Below are positions 54,801 to 64,000 of a DNA stretch of 64,000 nt, piece after piece (the first letter of the stretch is position 1; each line of letters opens with the position of its first letter). Origin of the DNA: Octopus bimaculoides. Lineage: Eukaryota. Location of the stretch: the NCBI RefSeq assembly GCF_001194135.2, contig NC_068998.1, positions 46,603,988-46,667,987 of the forward strand. The letters are read 5' to 3'. The notes below the pieces were generated by a model that ran no database searches, had not been told where the DNA came from, and worked only from the letters and a program-made list of their open reading frames with translations. Position numbers and translations under genes: made by a program.

Positions 54801-56762
54801 TAAAATTGTTCTGTTTGTTTCCATTTATTAATGCTTTGGTTTAACAAATTACTAAAAAGCTTCCTCAGTCTATCAATGGAATGGTAAATGAAGATTTTTT
54901 TATCAATGATCATTGTATATGTTTGCTAAATTCCTAAACTAAAATTATTTTTTCAAAATAATAAAATACTAACTACTTGCCAGAAAAAAATGTGTGGGGT
55001 TTGTCCCTTCTGTTTTCATGGATTAAGTTCCTTTCTTTATTTTCACCTATCATTCCCATGGTAACGAGCCTCACTTTTTGGTAAGCATAAGAATCTTTTA
55101 ACATCTTTTATCGACTTATTTTTGACAAAAAAGAAAAAAAAACCAAGAAAAAAGGCGATAATTGACACTTTTTCTATTCATCTGTCTGTGTGTCTCCTCC
55201 TTGTTCTTTTCTCTGTGTTGTAAATATTCCAACACCCAATGGAATCAATTTTGGTTTTCTGTTTTTTTCTTTAGTGAGGTTTTGTATTATCTTTTTGTTG
55301 TTCTTGTTCCTTTTTTGTTGTTCTTCTTGTCCAAGTCTGTTTTCTTTGATTGTATAATTATTGTTGTTTTTTTATTATTTCGAATTATTATTAATTAATT
55401 GAAAGGGATTAGTGAAGTTGGGTAGAAATCGTAGAGTGCTGAATTAAGCNNNNNNNNNNATTAACAACTGATTTGTGCCAGGTAATTTGGGTTTCCTGAA
55501 CCTTCATCAAACAACAAATAGTAATAACAAAAAAAAAAAAAAAGAAATAATAATGATTATGACGATGATGATGACCGTCTGTGCTGTAGATAGAGAAAAA
55601 AGAATGCTTGCAGTGGTTAAAAATGTCCAAGAAGTTACTGAAACAGTAAGAGAATTTAGGAGCTGAAGGAAGAACTACAGAACAAATAGCTGGAAAGAAA
55701 AGGGTATTATTTGGCCAATTCTTGCAACAGACTGTGCTGGGGTTGTATTCAACATTGGACCTATGTGCAGAGGGGACAGCAGCTGTCCCAGTCAAACTGA
55801 GAGGCTGCCTCCATCCTCTGTGGCTATCACCAGGATCTACAAACAAGATTGGAGGGAGAAAGATAGGGAGAATAGAACATCACCTCCAGACTGCTTGTCA
55901 CACAGCAACACATTCAATTAACCACTGCATGTTAGAATGTACAGTTATATAGTCGTCAACAAAGTGGAGGAGACACAGGTCATCCGGTGCTATTGATCCA
56001 TGGAACAAACCTAGTTGTTCGGTTGATTGTGTACCTGCCTGCATGCTGATATGGTTTTCTCAGTTACTCCTGACCTGGGGCTAAAACAACTACAACAGCA
56101 ACAACAACAACAACAAATACTACATCCTGTTTGTCTAAGACTCCGAAAGGTAACTTTGCATGTCGACTCATCATAAAATATTGGACTGTTTCGTTTTGCG
56201 AGCTGCTTTTTTTTTTTTTTAAAGTTTTTATTTCCTAAATTCCCCAAAATTTCAGTTTGTTTTTAGGTAAAAATAAATAAGTTTTTATTTTATTTTATTT
56301 ATTTTATTTTCGTTAAAATTCCTTTTTAAATCTCTATATGTCAGTATGCATGTGTGCATTGCATTTCTACCTGTTTGTCTGCCTGCCTGCCTGCCTGTAT
56401 TGCATGTCTGCATGGTTGTATATCTGTGTGGCTATATGCCTGCATGGGTGTATAATATGCAATACTTCTTCTTTGTCATCATTCACGGCTTCTGCCTTCC
56501 TCACCAGATATTTCTGTTTCAAAACCAACTGTACCAATTCCATTTCTGCTGCTGCTGCTGTTATTATTTTGCATTGTTTTGGTCCCATGAAAGAGTGTCT
56601 GCCCATAGCCTTCACAGTAGCCACACACACACCCATCCTTCCCCTTCCATGAGTAACCTATGTTTCTATCATTTTCTGAAAGGCCGAATAAATAAAGTTA
56701 GGACTACAACACTATACACAATTATATACACCATATTATACACCACTATATATGCCATGATA

Positions 56763-56957
56763 CAGTATTATACATGAGGGTGTTGAAAAGTTCCTGATTT
56801 TGGGTAAAAGAAAATACAAGAGGATCATTTAAATTATTATTTGATTCAACATAATCCCTTCTCAGATTCACATACATATTGCAGCAGTCCTTCAGTTTTT
56901 CTAAGTCCTGTAAAAGAACTTGGAAGGGTGGGTCTCCAACCAGGCCTTTCATGATAC
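56763..56957 (-). mobile_element. Mariner-type transposon 3' end (third family), truncated by a gap; related fragment at about 16300-16432 (+)
   Basis: LEKLKDCCNMYVNLRRDYVE* resembles a mariner C-terminus. Terminal gagggtgttgaaaagttcctg. Similar to 16302-16430 in the opposite orientation. Confidence 0.65.
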
Positions 56958-58829
56958 NNNNNNNNNNNNNNNNNNNNNNNNNNNNNNNNNNNNNNNNNNN
57001 NNNNNNNNNNNNNNNNNNNNNNNNNNNNNNNNNNNNNNNNNNNNNNNNNNNNNNNNNNNNNNNNNNNNNNNNNNNNNNNNNNNNNNNNNNNNNNNNNNNN
57101 NNNNNNNNNNNNNNNNNNNNNNNNNNNNNNNNNNNNNNNNNNNNNNNNNNNNNNNNNNNNNNNNNNNNNNNNNNNNNNNNNNNNNNNNNNNNNNNNNNNN
57201 NNNNNNNNNNNNNNNNNNNNNNNNNNNNNNNNNNNNNNNNNNNNNNNNNNNNNNNNNNNNNNNNNNNNNNNNNNNNNNNNNNNNNNNNNNNNNNNNNNNN
57301 NNNNNNNNNNNNNNNNNNNNNNNNNNNNNNNNNNNNNNNNNNNNNNNNNNNNNNNNNNNNNNNNNNNNNNNNNNNNNNNNNNNNNNNNNNNNNNNNNNNN
57401 NNNNNNNNNNNNNNNNNNNNNNNNNNNNNNNNNNNNNNNNNNNNNNNNNNNNNNNNNNNNNNNNNNNNNNNNNNNNNNNNNNNNNNNNNNNNNNNNNNNN
57501 NNNNNNNNNNNNNNNNNNNNNNNNNNNNNNNNNNNNNNNNNNNNNNNNNNNNNNNNNNNNNNNNNNNNNNNNNNNNNNNNNNNNNNNNNNNNNNNNNNNN
57601 NNNNNNNNNNNNNNNNNNNNNNNNNNNNNNNNNNNNNNNNNNNNNNNNNNNNNNNNNNNNNNNNNNNNNNNNNNNNNNNNNNNNNNNNNNNNNNNNNNNN
57701 NNNNNNNNNNNNNNNNNNNNNNNNNNNNNNNNNNNNNNNNNNNNNNNNNNNNNNNNNNNNNNNNNNNNNNNNNNNNNNNNNNNNNNNNNNNNNNNNNNNN
57801 NNNNNNNNNNNNNNNNNNNNNNNNNNNNNNNNNNNNCTTTCTCTTCTCCGTCTCTTACTCCCCCTCTCTCTTACCCAACCACACTTTACCCTTTCACTTT
57901 CCTCTCCCATTGTCTCCTCTTGCTCTCTCTCTCACACTCTGTCCTCTCTTTTCCTCCTCCTCCCCTCCCCCTCCCCCTTTCCATCTAGAGTGGCCATGTA
58001 TCTCCTCTTCAGCAAGACGCCTGTCTCTATTCCTCTGTCAAACTCTTACCTTTCACCACCTGGCATAAAGTGACCTCCCTCAATACCACTTCCATTCAAG
58101 TGGTCTTTCTCTTGCAATCACTTGGTGACCTCACTGGTGCTGGTGCCACATATAAAACGTGGCAGTGCATTTTGCAAATTGGTTGGCATTAGGAATGGCA
58201 TCCAGCCATAGAAACTATGCCAAAACATACTGTAGATCCTGGCACTGTCCTTTGACTCACTGATTCCTGTCAACCCATCCAACCCAGGCCAGAATGGAAA
58301 GTGGATGGTAAAAGATGATAATGATGATGATGACAACAAGCTAAAAAGTATAGTTGACTCTAGCTAGATTTGAACTCACAGTATGCTTTATTTGGTGCTA
58401 TAGCAATGCCACTCTCACCACCCCTCTTTTGCTGTTAATTGTTATTGGAGTTCCTGTAACTATGGCAACTACTGTTGAAACTCTATCATATGTTGACCCC
58501 CTCCCCTTCTGTTAGCTGCAGAACTTTTTGTGTCTCCACAACTCTAAGTCTGATCAGTAAAATCAATTTGTAGTAGTTCAAAAGACCTCTGGGTGTTCTG
58601 GGTATTGATATCGTACACACCAATATGTCCACACTACCTTACCACCTCTCCTGTTAGCGGAGTGAATGGTATAGTCCTCAGAGTAATCAGTGAATCATAG
58701 TCTGTTCTTTAGTTGATTTCTTGTGTTCCATAGGACTACTGGATCAATGCTGGCCCTGGGCTATACAACAACAGCAACAGCAACAATAGTAACAGCTAAC
58801 ACATCTGTATCATTGGAGAATTATGATCT

Positions 58830-59260
58830 TTTCTACTCTAGACACAAGGCCCGAAATTTTTTGGGAGAGGGCCAGTTGATTAGATCGCCCAGTATGCAAC
58901 TGGTACTTAATTTATCGACTCCAAAAGGATGAAAGGCAAAGTCGACCTCGGTTGAATTTGAACTTAGAACGTAAAGACAGATGAAATACCGCTAAGCATT
59001 TTACCCGGCATGCTAACGTTTCTTATTTCTTTATTGCCCACAAGGGGCTAAACATAGAGGGGACAAACTAGGACAGACAAAGGGATTAAGTCAATTACAT
59101 TGACCACCAGTGCGTAACTGGTACTTAATTTATCGACCCCAAAAGGATGAAAAGCAAAGTTGACCTCAGTGGAATTTGAACTCAGAACGTAACAATGGAC
59201 GAAATACTGCTAAGCATTTCGCCCGGCATGCTAACGTTTCAGCCAGCTTGCTGCCTTATT
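58830..59260 (-). mobile_element. Nested/tandem SINE family B copies
   Basis: Family B body followed at about 59024 by the variant tail ttatttctttattgcccacaagggg and a second body. Confidence 0.75.
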
Positions 59261-59449
59261 GGAGGATTATAATAAACGACTGGCCATTTGACATAGGAAT
59301 CTTAGGTTCAAATCATATTGTGAGGATTGTATTGTTTCCCTGAGCAAGGTATCTTATCCCTATTTGTCAAAACTTCTCAAAGGTTTCATGTTGATGGTGG
59401 AAATGTTTGGGGTTTTGTTTTCCCGTTTTTGTTTAATTCTGCATCTGTA

Positions 59450-59720
59450 AGCTTGTGACTCGATCATGTGACTTGATCATGTGACTGATACATGTGACCT
59501 TGTCATACAGCCTGGTACTTGTGATCTGACCATGTAACCGGTACTTGTAGCCTGATACATATAACCGATTACACATGACCTGATCATGTGGCCTGATCAT
59601 GTGACTGATATGTGTGACCAAGTACCTATTACTTGATCAGGTATCTGATATACACAGTTGTATGATCAGTACACATGACCTGGTCACGTGACCTGGTCAT
59701 GTGACCGACGCATGTGAACT
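59450..59720. repeat. About 13-bp gatcatgtgacct minisatellite rich in E-boxes
   Basis: At least 4 tcatgtga copies plus the perfect palindrome ggtcacgtgacc at 59682-59693. Confidence 0.8.
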
Positions 59721-59850
59721 AATACACAAGATATACATTGATGGTAGAGCACAAATGTGTTGCTGTAATTGTTGTTCATAGAGCAAGTTTCTAGAATTTT
59801 CTCATCTGAATCTTTTGTTTGTATTAATTATTTTTCTTATTCTTTTTCAG

Positions 59851-61272
59851 ACGTTTCAGTGACACGGCAGAATGTGGTGGAGATGAAATGAGCACATTTA
59901 CAGGGGAAACCAGTGATCGAGACTCATTAAACACAGAATTGTTCAAACTCGATGCTCTCGTGCATCGACGGAATCTGATGGCACGAACCTTTAACCCTGA
60001 CAACACGTCGTCCAGCAGTGTTGAGTCCAGCAACTTTTACCCTAAGACAGATATGTCGTTTTATGATCCTGATATGGTGCTGTCTTGCAGACAATTCAAA
60101 CAAGATGATGAGGTGTCATCACTGTACTCTCTCGATGAAGATGGTTTCTACACATCATTCCACAGTGACAGTGGCTTGAAGGCAATGAGAACCATGTCTA
60201 AAAATAGAATGTCAGAACTGTCAGAGATCTATTCCAAGTTCATAGGTAGATCGAAACGCCAGACATTCAGCGAAGCAACAGACAGGAATCACATTATGGA
60301 AGATATATGTGACCAGGAACTGGAAGCAGAAATGAGAGAGGAACGAGATCAAACGCCAACAAGGGAGATGAACCCACCACGTCGCCTTTCTAGCCCAACA
60401 GAGAGTGAAACCAGTGACTCAACACTTACCAATACTTCCAATAGGAATTCTTTGGTCACTGGCGCCAGTGAATCAAATTACTCAGAGTCTGACCATGAGA
60501 TTATCTACAAACATATAAAGAACATGACTGTTATTTCTCCGAAATCTTTTCCTTCCTGGTGCATTGTTTCATCATCTGGGAGTGATGAAGATTCTTCAAA
60601 TCAGCTTCATGTTGGTCAGAAAACAGGAAGTGATAGTTCCTCGTCAGGCAGCAGTCTTGTTGCCGAAGCCACTGCTTCAGACACAAAAGATTCCGATGAT
60701 GGAGGGAACACGCTTCCTCGAAATTATTTAGCATCTGAGAAATGGAACGTGAACCAAGACAAAACAGGATCTTGGCCACGGACCCATAATAGTTCCAATG
60801 ATGGCAAGAAACAAGGCATTTTGAAATCTTCATTCCGCAAAGATTCTAGTTCCAAAGCAAAGATGCCAAAGTCTCTGAATTTCTCTCCATATGTCAACAT
60901 GCTTCCAGCCGATGATCTTCAGACTCAGCAGTGTCTCTTGTCTGATCTTTCTGTTACAAATAAGCATTATTCTTCATTGCCAGAACACAATTCTTTCACA
61001 TCTACATCTTCCGCATCTTCTACATCCAGTAGCACAACTATTTGTAACGATGACACTAGTACTGTTGTAACAATGTCTGATAGTGACTTTGACTTTCTTC
61101 CAAGATATCCGGCACCGGTATCCAGCACAGCTCATCAGAAATGTTTCACTATTGAAAGGGAACCCAGCACTAATGCCATCCATAATGAGACTTTGGTTTC
61201 ATGCCAGAAGAACAATTCTTTAGAACCTCTAACAAACTCTGTCATTATTCGAAAACCTCTGGCTCAGCTTGC

Positions 61273-61310
<38 letters not shown>

Positions 61311-62956
61311 TTCAATTTGGTGCTGTTAATGAAGAGATCAATGTGAATGCAATCATGCATAGCAACTCCAGTTTGAAGCAGCAACTCCCATCACCTGATT
61401 TGAGTCCACCATCAACTCCTTATGCCGTGTCCTTCATTCCAAATGCTTTCACATCCTTTCCCAGTGCCAAAGACCACGTTTCCCAGAATTCCACGTCTTT
61501 TGCTTTCAATAAACCTGATTTGCAAAAGTTACCAGTCAGTGAAACTGTGGTTATTAACACTAATAATAATAATAATAATAATAATAATGATAATAGTAAT
61601 AGCAACAACAGCAGCCAAAACAACAACAACAACAACATTGGTTTAACTGTGGAAAATAGTAGCAAAAGATTATCGTTTTCTACATTTACCATACCGCCAT
61701 CGGGTCAGGAAGCCAGTGAGAAGACAAGTCCTACCGATAATATACTTGCTGGGAACTTCAGCAAAAAACTTAATTTGCTGCCAGATACAAACCAATCTGA
61801 CTCAGTTTCCGATCACTCAAAGCCAGAATCCAGTGATTCCAGCAGCAAGTATAACCCTAGGAATGGTTCCTATCGTGTTGCCATGTACGAACAGCCTGAG
61901 GAAGAGCCGAAACGGTTGGATTCTTACAGACTGGCCATTTCAGCATCCAATAAACTAACCGATGACCCAGTCACCCGGAATGGTTCTTATCGTGTCGCAG
62001 TACAAGACATCAATCAGAACAACAACAACAGCAACAATATAGAACCTACCAGCAGGTCTGATTCTTATCGTGTTGCCATGAAGGTGGAAGCGAGTGATCG
62101 GCGCAGTAAATCACTCAGTAAAGATATTCGTAGACAAGGCATTACTGACATCAATCAATTGAAGATGGATGGTAACCAGCAGTATGATAATTTTATAAGT
62201 TCTCCTGTACAAAAGTCTACAAGTTTCAGATCAAAGATGACTAGTGTGTTTGGTGGTAGCAAACCTGATTCTCAGCTCTTAACCAAACCACAAAACTCAA
62301 AGAAAAAATATCCAAAAGGCAACACTTATTTGTCTGAAAGTACTTCTCTGTCCACCTTGAAGAATTTGGGCAAAAAATCATCATCTTTGCCAAACCAAAG
62401 TACTGATCTACATACTTTCAAAAAACTTGTCTCTCAACAAACTCCATCGTCATCTCCAAAAACCTCAGCTGTTGAAGTATTGAAGCGAAAACCTTCACCT
62501 CCTTTCTCTAAAGACGTATCGTCAGAAAGTGGTAACAGAAGTATTCTTGGAGGGTTGTTCCAGAGACCGTCATCATGGGGTGGAACCAGTAAAGTAAATC
62601 CCAAGATGTCAACTTACGTCAGTTTTGACACAATCTTTGAAGACAAAGAAATCCTCTCCAATGCCTCTTCGATAGAATCGCTGAGGTCACCTTCTCTCAC
62701 ATCAATTAAAAAAATTGGTGACCCAAGCAACTTACACACGGTCAAATTTAACCATGGGTTAAAAGCTGATCGCAAATCTTTGCTGGAAGTAAATAAACAT
62801 CTGTCGGAAGAGGAGAAGAGAAATCGAAAGAAGCGTTTGGCAGGTACTGTAGATGAAAAAGCCGTCCAGTCGGTGCTGGACAGTATCAAGACAACCATAA
62901 AATCTATGACTTCAAGGTCAGACTCCTCTTATAAACAACATTCTTCAGCAACTTGA
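59851..62956 (+). CDS. NHSL1: NHS-family gene, 3.1-kb (probably terminal) coding exon
   Basis: Acceptor tctttttcag| at 59850 (phase 2; AG|A gives Arg) reads in frame into track ORF 59888-62956. Ser-rich, predicted disordered protein with SLYSLDEDGFYTSFHSDSGL (recalled NHS-family DGYxTSMHxDSG motif) and HTFKKLVSQQ...SAVEVLKRKP (like NHS EFKLLLLKK...SATEILKSP). Stop TGA 62954-62956. Confidence 0.9.
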
Positions 62957-63901
62957 TGTGTTTAAGAATCCAGGTTTTTAAAAAAAATTTTTTTCTGTCC
63001 TGAAAGAAAGATCTAAAGAAGATCTTAGTTCCTTCTAATGAAGGCCTAACGGGAATAATTTCTTCATTAAAAGAAGAAACTAGAGAGGTATTTCTATGGT
63101 AAAGACACATCTAGAAAGATCCAAAGACGGTTTGTTTTTCTTCTTGCTCCATTGTTTGTTGCTTCCAGAAAGAAAGATCTTTCCAGAAGATGTGCTCCCC
63201 CGTCTGCCCACCTCCCTCTTCATTAACCTGTCGTGCATGTCTTTTAACAATCGCCGCCACCTTTACCACCATCACTCTCATCGTCACTGCCACTATCACC
63301 ATCCTCATCCCTATCATCATCATCATAATCATCATCTCAAATTTGATTCAGTCTCGGTGCTGAATTCAAAGAATAGCCAAAATACCGTCCCACTCCATCC
63401 TGTCTTTGATCCACCCAGAGTGACAATATTTTCACAATAGTGAAGACTCACTCTTTTATTTGAGTCATTGAAGACCCTACAATCAATGTGGGCTCCTGGT
63501 GAGCAAATTCATTGATATGGTTTCAATTCTCACTTGAAGCACAACGTTCTTTTTTTTTTTTGAGTTCATTAATGTCATTTAATGCTCTTAGGCAGGGCAT
63601 GAGCACCTCATAATCTTCTTTCCCTCTGTAAACCCAAAGCTCTTGTAACCTATAATATATAACAGAACCAATGCTTTACATATCATTTCTGCTCTCTCTC
63701 CCTGAATTCTGTGCACTGGGGTTGCAGTTTTTGTTTGGGGCAAATTCACTTCTCTTCCACTAACACTCTTAGGGAAAAGCATGAACATCACAAGTCTAGC
63801 AGCATTCCTTCTCTCTGTCTATCATTGTCCATTTGATAAAAGGGAAACAAAACACATTAAGTCTCTGAGCTTTAGCTAAAATGAAGATGAAACAAGTAAA
63901 A

Positions 63902-63943
<42 letters not shown>

Positions 63944-64000
63944 GTGTGTGTAAGTCATCTAAGAATCCACAAGTCTGGAAAAGAGAGCAGTTGCTATATT

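Noticed and set aside
55475-55921. Possible TGA read-through or selenocysteine ORF (...EFRS*RKNYRTNSW...)
   Set aside because: The upstream part spans a gap and simple repeats; no homology, splice sites or SECIS evidence.
5791-58068. Long ORFs of 160-380 aa in the track (e.g. 5791, 10659, 28990, 47955, 56846-58068)
   Set aside because: They are open only because they run through N gaps.
60531-62898. Antisense ORFs overlapping the last exon (also 44972-45196 and 51403-51762)
   Set aside because: Short shadow frames of a Ser-rich coding sequence, with no recognisable domain.

Overview
AT-rich, gap-ridden animal genomic DNA, most likely octopus/cephalopod, judged from the tRNA-derived SINE families and the very high microsatellite density (recalled families, not database-checked). 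One long-intron + strand gene dominates the window. It encodes a Nance-Horan syndrome (NHS/NHSL1/GUK-holder) family actin regulator. Five coding exons splice in frame with canonical AG/GT and matching phases: 33220-33485 (second half of the WAVE-homology domain), 34457-34516 (60-nt symmetric exon hidden in repeat-derived ORFs), 44895-45930, 51291-51444 and 59851-62956. Together they give about 1540 codons. The canonical first exon(s) were not found, but a phase-compatible short first exon may lie at 20613-20679. The rest is intron filled with SINEs, mariner relics (one full-length), RTE and R4/Dong-like LINE fragments, MITEs, minisatellites and simple repeats. The MITEs include a GG-terminated 8-bp-TSD element carrying TTAGGG repeats, a piggyBac-type element and a foldback. 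Almost all other ORFs in the track are microsatellite or N-gap artefacts. No prokaryotic-type system such as CRISPR or an operon is present.
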